Position numbers and translations under genes: made by a program. A DNA stretch of 63,994 bases, the filler included, from Streblomastix strix (lineage: Eukaryota): the NCBI GenBank assembly GCA_008636045.1. It is 4 parts of 4 records of this genome, joined end to end, with 100 filler letters (N's around TTAATTAATTAA, not from the genome) between each part and the next. Parts side by side here need not be neighbours in the genome. Positions count along the whole stretch, not along the records: positions 1 to 16,066 come from SNRW01000877.1; positions 16,167 to 32,216 come from SNRW01000878.1; positions 32,317 to 48,366 come from SNRW01000879.1; 1 more part is not named here. One strand, 5' to 3'. The notes beneath the pieces were generated by a model that saw only the letters and a program-made list of their open reading frames with translations, ran no database searches and was not told the origin of the DNA. Shown in pieces: positions 13,421 through 32,719 of this stretch; position 1 is the first letter of the stretch; each line of letters starts with the position of its first letter.

Positions 13421-14704
13421 AAAATCCACCCTCAATAACCACCGTTAAAAAACCACTCTTCAAAGAAGTTTTCCGAGCGTAGATTGGCAAACATTTAGTT
13501 CGCAAGTTGCGAAGCAATCTTTATTGTGAAATACTAAAAATTCATAAATATTATTTTTGAAATTCTATTTTAAAATCATACCCCCCAAAAACCCTATTTT
13601 TGGAAATAAAAGACAAAAATAGCAGAAAGTCCTTAAATTTTAGAACGTGCATGGTATTTCATTATCCCGACCATCGTCCCTCATCCTCTTTCCTCAAATC
13701 ACCTCCTCCACCTCCATCACCTCCGTTATTACGATTTTATAAATCCCCCAATTACCACATTTAATTTTTAACCTTTTCTTACATTAATTTCTATAACTTT
13801 TCATTAATTCCCTAATTAATAATTAATTTCATAATAATTCATACTTGCCGTGAATGGCGCCATTTCTCCCTTCTTCTATTCATATCAAGATATTTGTACA
13901 TAAAGATATGTATGAAATTTAGATACCAATATTTAGCGTTATTCAATAAAAAGAATGCAACTTACAAAAGCAACTAGAAAGATAAGTGATGATACATTCA
14001 ATTATGATGATGAAGTTATTGATGAAGCATAATATAAGGTTAGTTAATCACCTAGACAGTTCAAATGTAATAAACCTCTTCAAGAAGCCGTATTGACACT
14101 AAACAATAGCAAGTTTTGGTGTCACAATTTTGCATATTACATTCTCTAATAATATATTGATATGGATAGGGTTCATTTCTGTCATATAGATACTGATTCA
14201 ATGTATTTAGCTATTGCAGATTCCTAAATAGAAGTGTAAAAATAAAAATTGAGACGTGACATTAAAGATTAAGAGTTCTTTGACTAACACAATAAAGAGT
14301 GGCCTCCATGGGACAATTGTACTATTGCCGAAGAGAAGAAATTAATGAGTATCACAACCGAATCATAAGGAGAAAATATCGTTTGTCTCGCACCGAAATG
14401 ATATAGTCTATACAATGGAAATGAATAAAATGATGACATAGTATCATTAGTGAATCGGATGAAAGATGTAAGTGAAAAGACGGCTAATCTAACAACTAAT
14501 GACTATATTAAATGCTTGAATGAGTGAATTAACATTAATGAGACTACAAACAATTAATAGATAAAAATGGGGGGTAATATCTATGATTAGTACTGAAAAT
14601 TCAGCATTCACATGAGTTCATTATAAGATGGATGTATTAGCTAACGGATATTGCGAACCATTTATGTATAGAATTAGTGCATATCATTACTTAATTGAAT
14701 AATG

Positions 14705-14877
14705 ATAAATGATATTGATGATTATTTTTTTAACACAGACAACTATTTTATTCACGCTATTTATACCCAAAAACCTTATGACCAATGTAAGTTTTCATTT
14801 TGCTGTAGGGTTTATTGTTACAAATAGCGTGAATAAAATAGTAGTCTGTGGAAAAAAAAATATTCATCAAATTTATG
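14705..14877. repeat. Long imperfect inverted repeat (hairpin) right after the pPolB stop
   Basis: CACAGACAACTATTTTATTCACGCTATTT (14734-14762) pairs with AAATAGCGTGAATAAAATAGTAGTCTGTG (14822-14850) with one mismatch. Pairing extends imperfectly inward and outward. Confidence 0.85.
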
Positions 14878-14970
14878 AAATTGTCACCAGTCGTGGAGAT
14901 TATTGAGTTTTGTAGGTATTGTCACCAGCTGTGGAGATTATGGGTACAAATAGCGCGGTTAAATTAGGCA

Positions 14971-15059
14971 TTAGTATTGATAGTGATTTGGTGTGGAGAT
15001 TATGGTTAGAAATATCGCGGCTAAATTAAAGCCCTGTGGTGCAGTCCATATATATTATT
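14971..15059. repeat. Right terminal inverted repeat of element B
   Basis: Ungapped reverse-complement match to 42237-42325: 61/77 identities by manual count, plus an identical outer 12 nt (AATAATATATAT). Confidence 0.8.
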
Positions 15060-15432
15060 TTTTATGTTATATAGAAATTAATAAGACTATTCACATAATA
15101 ATAAGCAATAAAATTTAGTACATTTAAACTTAAATAATAAACAATTCACGATAAAACTTAGATTTAACGCAAATATATTTGTTTGAGTAATTTATTCTTA
15201 ATTATAAGCAAACATTTTATATAAATTATTCAAATAAGTGTATATTTGAGTAATGAGATAATATTTGTAGAATTAAGCAAATTTTATTATGTCTGTATCG
15301 AATAATTAGATTAATTTCTTTTATTGTCCAATACGTAAATTGATTAAGTAATGATCATATTTATAATGATTAAATGAATTGTATATCGATTTAATTCATT
15401 GTAGTTTAATATTATTTAATATTAATATAAAG

Positions 15433-16066
15433 ATGAAATGTTATGAAAATTCTCTTGAAAAATATTCTCCTTGTAACTCAGCGCCTGCTTGAATAGTATT
15501 AATGTAGAATACAGAAGAAGACTCAAAACCAATATTAAATACTCTTCACAATAGTTGGACGCAATATGCGCTTCGTCCTTGCGTTGGATAACAAGCCAAA
15601 CAAGATTCAAGCGTTGGGCCACAGTGCGCTTGGGATACGTATCAGCAATTGTATTAATTTTCGACATAAATCGGATAAGTACTAATGAATATAGGATGCA
15701 AGATTGGAGAAAACATTGGAGTGATATCAAGGCCGTGCAAAGAAAAGCTTGCTGTGAGCTGTGCCTGCCTTGCACACAGCTTCTGCTTTGTAAATATTCC
15801 ACTAAATCATACACCTGATGCATTTATCTAGATGATTTAACTTTCAAAATGCCGGGTGTTTTTCTTATCAGCGAGCTTACTTGGGTCTCTGAAAGAAAAA
15901 CTTAAATAATCGCCAATGCTACGTGTTGTGTTTGTATTCGATGACTAAAAATATGAATAAATTCACTGAGTAACATCTGAAACTCTCCTCTCACTTCAAA
16001 AAATCATAGAAAATGAAAATAATAGTGATCTTAAGATTATTTCTCTTCAATCATTACTTACTTCTT
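15433..16066 (+). pseudogene. Long-chain acyl-CoA synthetase-like N-terminus (host), two in-frame TGA, cut by contig end
   Basis: QYALRPCVG...WDTYQQLYQFSTQIGQVLMNIGCKIGENIGVISRPCKEKLAVSCAC matches the LACS N-terminal pattern (WxTY...GxGL..G...G..VGI.S.N..EW). TGA at 15490 and 15967. Confidence 0.65.
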
Positions 16067-16166
16067 NNNNNNNNNNNNNNNNNNNNNNNNNNNNNNNNNN
16101 NNNNNNNNNNTTAATTAATTAANNNNNNNNNNNNNNNNNNNNNNNNNNNNNNNNNNNNNNNNNNNN
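16067..16166. other. Artificial contig spacer
   Basis: N44-TTAATTAATTAA-N44. Confidence 0.99.
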
Positions 16167-16429
16167 ATTATGTTTGACGATTTAAGTTTCAATGGAATAA
16201 AGCCAAATTCAATTAAATTGGAAAAATAAATTCCAAACAAAAATGCTTAAACCGGCAAAAAAATATAAATTAATTAACTTTACAAATATGGGAATTTCGA
16301 TGATCCGGAAACAGAATTTATTGAAAAAAATGATCCAGATTTTGAATTTGGATTCCAATTTTGAGCCTGCGCAAGCGACTTTGTCGCTGAACACTTCGTG
16401 TGAAGCTCGCCGCGACGAAGTGGAAGTTA

Positions 16430-17610
16430 AATAACAAAAATAATTGCAAACAAATTACAAAAAAAAACTGTAAATAAACTACAAAAATAATTGTAAACAA
16501 ATTACAAAAAAATTTGTTAACATATTTAGCTGTTTAAGCTCAATAGTTTGTGTCGAGCATTAAAAATTTGCTGACTTCGGTTCAAAACCGGCAAACAACA
16601 TATTTTTCTAAAATATGTTTTCAAAAAATTTTGTTTTTCAACTCCATGTTGAAATACATAATTAATGATCGAAAAACGTAATTTTTTGAAATTTTGCTCG
16701 TCTGGAGAAGATTTGAAAAATTTGCAAAAAAAAAATTTGTCAAACAATTACAAAAAAAAATTTGTCAAACAATTACAATAAAATTTGCTCATTAATCATG
16801 TTTAACATTTTATTTTTAACATTCATCACCAAATTATTAATATATTTTACTCAAATAATTTTTTAAGATGCTCGCCGTGGAAAACGGTACAATTTTTTAT
16901 TTTGCGCCTTTTGCGCCTCCTTTATTACCATATATTATCAAACGACAAATTTTATTTTATTTCATTTATTATCGTTAAATAAGATACTTTTTAATATATT
17001 TTATAATTATATTATAGCAATACAAAAAATAAAATATAAAAACTCACTTTTTTCTGCAGGTTTACTTTTATTTTTAACAATGCCAGCAAAATCAACCCCA
17101 AATACCGATATGTCAAAACAATACCATATTTAAAACACCCCCAGATTGAACGATGACGCGCAGAGATGGCTGTTTGCAACTCAACTTTACAAAACAAGAA
17201 CATTTTTGTAATTTCCAGCTCAAAACTGCTCTGCAAACACAGTTAAACATGCAAAACAGCTCCGCCAACACTATTTTTTTTATTTTTTTTCAAGATTTCA
17301 TCAAAGGGGCGATCGGCGTCCTTCCTATATTATTGAAATTTGGTTAATTTTTGCACTACCAAGAACGAAACATGCTTAATTTTTTGTCTGCCAGATGAAA
17401 TCGCTCGTTGAAACACGTTTTCAGACGTTATGTAAAATGAGCTCTTCAAAACTCTTATCGCTCGTTGATTTACTAAACTAGACGCTAAAAACCATGTCTA
17501 CCAATTTGATGACATCATTTTTGATGTCTAACATGCAAATCGCTCGTTGATTTACATTGGTAGACGAAAAATTAAGTGTTGGTGCAGTGCCCGTCTTTCC
17601 TATATTATTG
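16430..17610. repeat. Non-coding region with short tandem and dispersed repeats
   Basis: About 23-25 bp AAACAATTACAAAAAAA-type units at 16430-16520 and 16720-16790. ATCGCTCGTTGA three times (17400, 17457, 17539). TTCCTATATTATTG twice (~17322, ~17597). Confidence 0.6.
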
Positions 17611-18272
17611 CTCAAAATAGGTATTGAGACAAACAAATCAAGAGTTTTTATCTAAATAATCTTTTAAAAAAAAATTGATTATTAATTATTTTAAATATTT
17701 TTTTCTAAAGAAAATCAAAATACCCACTTAAAACAGCATAACAATTTTTTTTCAATAATAAAACGTCGATTTTAGGACATAAACCCAAATATCCTTAATT
17801 ATTTCAATTTAATGTGCAATATTAACATATTTTTATTATATTATAATAAAAATAAAGGAAAATAATGAATGTAGTAGCGAGTGTAACTTATTTTTTATTA
17901 TTGCAAGAAAAAACATGTTTTTTTCATTATTTTGTAATCAATTGCTTTAATCAATTATTCTTTAAATTGATATAAAATAACAATATTTTATTTAAATATA
18001 TATTTTCTTATTATATGTTACAATCTACATTAAATTGAATTATTAAAACTCGAACACACATTTTCTCAATAATTCAGTCACAATTCAATAATTTAAAAAA
18101 AATATATATATACAAAAATTTTATTTTAATAACATTAACCAATTAAATTATTAAATTATTGAATATTATGAATTAAGGATATAAACTTATTTCAAAATTA
18201 TTGATTACACGACATTGCAATAATTATAATTAATTCTATTTATTTTTATTCGATCTTCATAGTTTTAAGACA

Positions 18273-18840
18273 ATGCTGGTAGATTTTGAAGATGGATCAA
18301 CAGGGCCATAACGGTTTGATCGAATTTAAGGGAGTGGAATTCTGGGAGCACCTTAACGATGTTTGTAATTATAGACTCATATAACCACATTTAAAATTTG
18401 CTATTTTTTTATTACACTATATTTATTGGATGACATTGAACTTAGCTGTTGAAGGCTATATTATTTTTGCTGGTCGAATCCACGAAGAAGCATAAGAAGA
18501 TTAAGTCAAAGATTTCTTTAGTGAATTTGGTAAAGTCTAGAATATAAATACTAATATTGACAGAAAGACTGGATATCTGAAGGGTTACGCCCTCATTGAA
18601 TATGCTACGCTTGAAGAAGCTCAAAGAGCTATCACGGAAGGGAATGGGAAAGAACTTTTGGAACGCGCAATTACTGTTGATTTTGCCTTTCGATCTGGGC
18701 CAGATACACCTGTTCATGAATCATCACAATATGGAATGAGGACCGTATAAGATTAAAGTACAGCAGTTAAACGGAAAGATAAAGAAGGAGATGACGTTGA
18801 AGATGAAACAGGGAAAAAAGAGTTTCCAACAGAGGACTGA
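18273..18840 (+). CDS. RBM8A: Exon junction complex RNA-binding protein Y14
   Basis: Exons 18273-18360 and 18446-18840 (GT-AG intron) restore the signature PQRSVEGY (Q=TAA). RRM with IDRKTGYLKGYALIEY and ITVDFAF. Confidence 0.95.
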
Positions 18841-18899
18841 ATGAATTTTAGGAAAAATAAAATAAAATAATTCAATTTTTTTTATTAATATTCAATTAA

Positions 18900-21800
18900 T
18901 CAATTTTATTTTGAGTCATTATCATCTGATCTTCTCTGATCTTGAGGTGTGGATTACTACTTTTGAATTTCTTGTTAATGAAAAATTTATAATTCAGTAG
19001 AATTTTGCTATTAAGATTTAGGTAGTAATGTAGTATGTTTGAGTGGCCCCAATGCCATTTTTTGAATTTCTGGTTATTTATTCACTCGTTATATTCTCTT
19101 TTATTCTCTTAATTTCATTAAATCATCGAATAATTCCTTTTCTTCTTGTTATTTATTTAAAAATGATTCCATTTTATTATGCTTTAGATCAGGATTCTTT
19201 TGTATTTAGGGTTATTATAGATTATTATTAAATTAAGGAGATTTTTATATGGTTGAAATAGATCTATCAGATGAAGGAAACTCAAAAAATTGAGAAAATG
19301 GAAAGAAAGGTTTAAATCGTGGATATGCAGATCCAGTAAAAGTTTGTGCAACTAAAGCTTTTATTTCCTTCGTATCTTCAATCAAACTTTCATTAGTATT
19401 ATTATCTGTTTTTAATTTATTATTATTTTTCTTTAATGTTCTTCCTTTTCCTGTATTCATTTCACTTTTAATTTTTATGCTATCGCCAATCCATTCCATA
19501 TCTTATTCTGGTTGTAATAATAGTTATTTTCTTAATTAATCTGTTCTTAAACCTCTTGCATATCCAGAAGAAGGATATTATTATTTTAATTACTACTATT
19601 TATTAAGTTATTTTAGAATAGAGTTTTCTTATATAATCACAGAAGGCTGATTTTAATCCCCGATGAGAAGTTTACCGTTTGGATATAATAAATCTTTTAT
19701 TTCTATTTTTGGTCTTAAAGGTTATTGATATAATAATTCTGATGTATTATAGTTAGAATAACCAATTTAATCTATTTCTTATTTTTCATCCTTTTAATTA
19801 TTGTAGTGTGAAGAATGTGTTTGATTTTATAATGTACCGTTTTGCTATTATTAAGATTATTATTCTTTATTATTAATATTATTAGAATGAAGAAGTTAAG
19901 GTTAAGGAGGATGAATAATATCAATAAATTAAGGAGAAGCAATATATGGTTGAGGTAAATATTATTTTAATTAACCTTAAGAATCTAATTGTACTTCATA
20001 AAAATCTCTTTATTATGAATGAGGATTAAAATATTATGATCGCTTCATCATCCCATGTGAAGTGGGTCTTTATTTATTTTATTCATTTACTCCATTGGAA
20101 GAACCGATATTATTATCTTCAAATGGATCACCTTCTGTTATAGTACTTCTTCCCTAATCTGCAGATTTGCTTCTTTTTGCTTTTTAAATATTTTCTGAAT
20201 ATAAATTGGTATTGCTTTGCGATTTAGAAGGATTTGGTAGAATTGGTTTAAGTGAATTAAATAATTATTCATAAAACTAATTTGATTTTATCATTTGAGT
20301 GTTTTATTGAACTTGAATTATCTCTGCTGTACTTTAAACATATTTAAGTTTTTTACTTTAATTATGCTATGACTTATCATTTATAATAGTGTCATCCATA
20401 TCAATTTCTTCAACATTCTATATTCCATCTAGATTAGAATTGTTAAATGAACAAGAAATTTAAGAAGGAGACTGAATAAATTAAGAATTATTTAAAATAT
20501 CTTATTAATATATTTTTGTTCTTTATACATTTAAGAATGGTCTAATGCCTTTTGTCTTGATTATTCTTTATTACGATTGTTATTAAGTAGGAATTGAGAC
20601 TGGATTTTTTATTATTCTATTTGGAGCACCTTTATATATCTTTGGCTATTCTTATCTATTTTAATTATAACCATCTTCTTCTTATTTATGCTCAATACTT
20701 AATTATTGTTCCATTTATTACTCAAGGTCAATATTTTAATCTGGAGATGATATTTCTATGTCAATTATTTTCTATTTATCAGTATTTATATAATAAGTAT
20801 CTTAATTATTTTAATTAAATTTATTTTCTTTTAATAGTTCTTAATCATTTTATTACATTTTTATTTTATTTTTTTGTTCTTTCTTTTTCTTATTATTAAT
20901 TAATTTATCTCCTTCTTTTAACATTTTCATTCTATCTTTATAATTAATTATTTTCTAACTGTTGTTCATTAATGCAATATTATTTTATTAATACAATAAT
21001 GGAGTAGAAATGTTATTAATTTGCTATTCTTCTGATGATATAATTTAAGTTCTATTTATTTACTACTCTAATTATTTTTATTCTTATTCTTTTTAAATTT
21101 ATTATTAATCACTAATCTAACTTGATAATATTTCTTAATTTGGTGAAATATTAGGAGATTATATACTTGGAAGTCCCTTTATTAATTTGGGTTATTATTC
21201 AATGTTTTATTAATCAATAAGTTATTCATAATGTTAATTCTTTTATTAATCTTATTTCTATTATTATAAAATAGGAATTGATATATTCTATTCAGTAAAC
21301 ATTTAAGGTAGTGGAGGGATTCCAAGTAAATTTGAGAAAATCTTTTATCCAATAGCCAATGAAAATATTTTAGTTTCATCTGGTTTAAAATATTGTTATT
21401 ATTATTAAAATGATTATGTTTCATTTGATTATAATGATTGCTATTAATTTTATATATTATTATTAATACTAATCATTGGAGTTTATAATTCTCTTCTTAT
21501 TTGTGAAGTAATTATTTAATTTGTATTATTTAACTATTATTCCTATGAAGAAGGATCTATCAGTTAAGTGTTACCCTTTTATATTCCTTGTTATAATAAT
21601 GGAGCATTTTTATTTTAATTGTTATTATCTTTTTCATTTTCTTTATTAAAATCCATGGAATTCCAAACTTCAGAATATTTAATTTTCATTGGGATTTTTT
21701 AGCTCATATATTAATTATATTCTAGCCCAATATTATATTTAGAAGAATATTAACTATTAATGGTTGATAATTTTGTATTTAATGTATTCATACTTCTTTA

Positions 21801-24629
21801 TTTGTTAAATTATTTCATTAATGATGATTATAATTACGAATTGGATTATTGATTATTTTTATTGGACATAAATGAAGATATAAAGGGGTATTTGTTCTTC
21901 TTTATTTGTTAATTATTTTTAAATATTTTATCATGAATGTAAGTAGGAGGTTCTCTTGTCCAAATAACAGGATCTTTATCTTATCTCAAAGAAATGGACT
22001 AAGAATTTATTTTATTTTAATTTGATTCATATAATGAATTCAAATGTATAGTTTTTACTGATAGTAATGGCAATTTAGATTATTTCTTTTAATGCAATTA
22101 AGATAAAGATTATTTATTTATTTCTCAACTAAAATTAGTTAAAATTTATTTTGTATTCAAGTCAATATCGGGATTATCATTTATTTCTCCAATCTCCAAT
22201 TCAAATTCATCTTCATGATTTTATTCATTTTCATCATCTAAATTATCTTCACTATTATTTTTATTTCCTTTCTTTTACTTCATAAATCCGTTCCATTAAT
22301 CTTACAAATTTTATCCCAATAATTGTTTTCTTTTATTATGTTATTATTCTTCATCCATATTATATTTATTTCTGTTTATTATTGAAGATTTTGATCATAT
22401 TTATTTTCTCACAGTTACTTTCATAACTTTCTTTTATAGCAATTATTTTAATTTTTCTTATATTTTTCTCTCAATCTTTGACAATTTTCTTAAATTATTA
22501 AATGGAAGATTTTCATTTTGAAATAAATAAGGGAGATTTGATTTTAAATCTTTTATTTCATTCATTTATTATTCTTTTCCAGATGTATGCCCACTTGGCA
22601 TAATAATTTGATCTACAAGTTATTTATCTGCTTCTAATTAATCCAATTACTAATATTTAACAGCAGTATAACCATCTAACGGACACGTATCACTAACTCT
22701 AAGCAATAAATCAATACAAAATGAATGGAATACGTGTTTACATTTATACATTACTCTTTTTTATTCACTAAGTCCAATTGGAGATCCACAAATTCCACAT
22801 TTACAAGACCACTTTTATTTCTATTTTAGTAATTGTTTATATAATCTTTATTCTTTAATCTATCTTTTTATTTCTTAATTTTCTTTTTCTTTCTATAGCT
22901 ATTCTTCTTCTAAATAATTCTAATATTTAAATATGTCATTTTCATTATCATTATTACTAATAAATCCTTAATCAAGTTATTATTTTTTATCTTATTATTC
23001 TTTATTTATTAGTTTATTTTTCTAAATATTCTATTTTCTAGAATATTCAATATTACTATTGTTATTATTTATTAATTTGCTTTTCTTTTGCTATGAAAAT
23101 ATATCATTTAAACTACTTTAGTCATCAATAACATCATTTTCATATTGTCTTTCATATTCTAAATCATCAGATTCTATTTCAGATTCATATTTATCTTCTT
23201 CATTAATTTCATTTTTTAATTAAAACTAAGATTAATTATTAATAACTTATAATTCATTTAATGCATCTCTAATCTTATTTTATTTTTATATAATGTCTTT
23301 TATTTATTCATTTTTTAATCCAAATATTAATTCAATCAACTTCTTAGATAAACCAAAAATTCTTTTTAATTATTATTATTAAGTTTACTTTTATAAATCG
23401 GACTATGGAGAAGATTGTGTACTTATTAATAAAGAATCTTATTAACTTTATTATTAATTTTAATCATCACATAATAATTCTTACGTTTATTCCAGTTTGT
23501 TTAATAAAGATGCAGATTATATATAAACTAACTTTTCACTAAATAAAAGAGGCCTAGGAACTGCTTATTCAAAATCATAACAAACAAATTAATGTTGAAG
23601 TTGTTCATTTGGAATATCAATTCCATTAAATATATTCTATTCTCCTTCCATAATATAATGAAACCCATTTTTATAACACTCTACACACATATCAATACCT
23701 TCACAATTACTACATTAAATTCTTGGTCCAACAATAGGATTCATTTAACATGACTAACATTTAATATTTTAATGAATAAATGGAGTGATATATTTTTGTT
23801 TAATATTATTATCCTTATCTAAATTAGTTTCTTAATCAGTAATTTTATTTTCTTCACTATTTTTCTTTGAATCTTTCTTTTTATGCCAAAATGCATTTTA
23901 GTAACAACTTGGAAATGCCTCAAGATCACCAAAGATACAATCGCATGTTGGACAAACAGTTTCTTTTCCAATTTTCTTGTGATGTCTGGACCAAAATATA
24001 TAACACGATGAATGGATGGCTGATCCACAATTTGATTTACACTATACCACAACTTCACCACTTTTCAATTGATTCCTACAAACTAAAAATTGGAAAGGGA
24101 AATAAGACATATTATAAAAAGAATATTTTAAATACTGGGACAAATTGTTAGAGCAGTTGTGAAATAGTTAACTGAAGTATGAATATTAAGAATAGAAGTT
24201 GAATATAGCCTATCTAAAGGCAATCCTGTAATAGTACTAAGTTCATTATCCGTAAATCCCTGTTAATAACACAATGGGTCAAAAATTTAAATTCCTGTAT
24301 TAATAAATTCATATATAAATCATTGGAATACTAAAAAGAGACATACCAAATACTCTGTGTACTACAAACAATAAATGAATACATGATAATCATATCGAAA
24401 CCCCACATGAACAATAATTTATATGCCCCATTTTCACAGTAAATTTCTTTTAAATGTTTAAATCTTTTAGAATATAAGTGAAGACATCTATCTTTTCTAT
24501 TAGCAGAAGACCAGCTGTTGCTGCCAGTTGCATTATTGTCTATGTTGATTTATCTGGTTCCTCAACAAAAGGTACCTCTCTATAATCGGCAGTTAATTTA
24601 AGATTGATGTGTAGATTGGATTTTTCCAT
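18900..24629 (-). CDS. ZSWIM2/MEX-like E3 ligase (SWIM-RING-ZZ-RING) with long Q/N-rich tail, at least three in-frame TGA, possibly a pseudogene
   Basis: SWIM CSC...CIH (~24375-24413), RING CPIC...CGSAIHSSC...CPTC, ZZ HQNIKCQSCQMNPIVGPRIQCSNCEGIDMCVECY, RING-H2 CGIC...CKHVFHSFC...CPLDG. Two GT-AG introns near the 5' end. Terminal TGA at 18900-18902. Confidence 0.8.
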
Positions 24630-25699
24630 TTCTATAAAATATTACAAAAAATATAAAAGGTTTATTTATTTATAAGTCATTTCGTGATTTATTATTATTG
24701 GCATCAAGGATTGATCAAGAAATTTTCAAATTTAAATTCTTTTCTATTTGGTTCTAATTAATTATACAAATAATGAGACTTTAGTATTTATTACATATAT
24801 GATATAATTATATATAATTATAATTTTGTAATATATTAAGCGTATTTATAAAACAAGAAGCTAATTCACTAACCATGATTTTTTTTGGGGATATCAAATT
24901 GACCCAGAGGGGTTTGGCTAGGTGGGTTGGTCAGAGTTCTGTGGATAAGAAAAAATATATGATATATCAAAAATAAAGTTTTACCTTATGCTGAAAAAAT
25001 TGAAAAAAAGAAAAAATTTGTTAAAATCTTAATAACAGCAATATATAATTTGAATTATGTGTATATTTGTTACTGTTTAGTTATAATTAAAGTATATTAA
25101 ATCATTAATTAAGTTAGAAATTAAATAAAACTTGTGTTAAACGAAATTTTACCCAAATTGCTTATGATAGCCGATTTTATTCTTTAATTTACTAAAATTT
25201 GCATTTATTAAATATAATAAAATCAAATGAATAGCAAACATATCGTAAATCTTCTTATCCAAGAATAAATTCAAAAAATGCAAAAAAACAAGAAATATGA
25301 CAAGATGTTGCTTCTAATTATTATTTTCTTTATTTAGAATTTTATCTTTTCATTATTAACACTTAAAAATATTCGTTGAATTGCATTTATATAAATTATC
25401 ATATTTTGACTTTATCATGCCACATGTAGAATTTTAATTAGTAATTAATTCATAATAAAATGATTAAATAAACTTTGATTTTTAAATTTTATTTCATTTT
25501 GAATTAATATTTTAAATACAACTTGAAAAATAAGTAATAATAATTTTATTAAATCAATGCCACTTTTCATATATCAAAATTGATTGTTAAATATTCCAAA
25601 TATCATTATATCTCTTTATACATATTTTAAATATTTTAGCAATAAAATCTAGACGCTCATATAATAATTTTATTTGTTAATTTTTTTTTAGATTTAGAT

Positions 25700-32216
<6,517 letters not shown>

Positions 32217-32316
32217 NNNNNNNNNNNNNNNNNNNNNNNNNNNNNNNNNNNNNNNNNNNNTTAATTAATTAANNNNNNNNNNNNNNNNNNNNNNNNNNNN
32301 NNNNNNNNNNNNNNNN
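32217..32316. other. Artificial contig spacer
   Basis: N44-TTAATTAATTAA-N44. Confidence 0.99.
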
Positions 32317-32719
32317 TGAAAATACCTTATTTTTGAGATTTTGAAAAGTGTTACAATTTATATTATTATATAATATATATATAAACATATATACACATAT
32401 AATATATTTATATAATTATTAGAACATGGATCTGAGAAATAAAAAAATTAATAGATTTTTTATAAAAAAAATAATAATATTTTTTTAAGTTTTTAATAAA
32501 TTCTCAATCCTCAGTTTATCAATTGGATTTATGTTTTGTATGAAAAATGTAAATATTCAAATGTGTGATACTTATATATAAATAATTTAATTCATATTTG
32601 GATACTCGAAAAGATAAGTCCAGGATACGGATTTTTTCACCACCCTATAATTTGCATAATAAGAGTAACAAATTAAATATTAAAGAAATTATATGAAAGA
32701 TAGATCGAAATAATTAATT

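Larger units (their letters stand above)
1..13900 (+). mobile_element. Degenerate Polinton/Maverick-like endogenous virus (element A), left end outside the window
   Basis: Intron-less cluster read with TAA/TAG=Gln: pPolB, rve integrase, fiber-like proteins, A32-like ATPase and a capsid-sized beta-rich ORF. Most genes carry frameshifts or TGA. The right boundary is approximate (last ORF ends 13420, element B fragment begins ~13965). Confidence 0.85.
13965..15059 (+). mobile_element. 5'-truncated copy of element B: pPolB C-terminus, hairpin and right terminal inverted repeat
   Basis: 13965-14704 is closely similar at the nucleotide level to 47690-48366 (QFKCNKPLQEAV, HFCHIDTDSMYLAIA). 14971-15059 is the reverse complement of 42237-42325. 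Confidence 0.85.

Noticed and set aside
13660..13770. C-rich tract as the terminal repeat of element A
   Set aside because: No partner repeat is visible in the window, so it cannot be distinguished from low-complexity host sequence.
16067..16166. TTAATTAATTAA palindrome within N runs (also 32217-32316 and 48367-48466)
   Set aside because: Identical 100-nt artificial spacer between contigs. Adjacency across it has no biological meaning.
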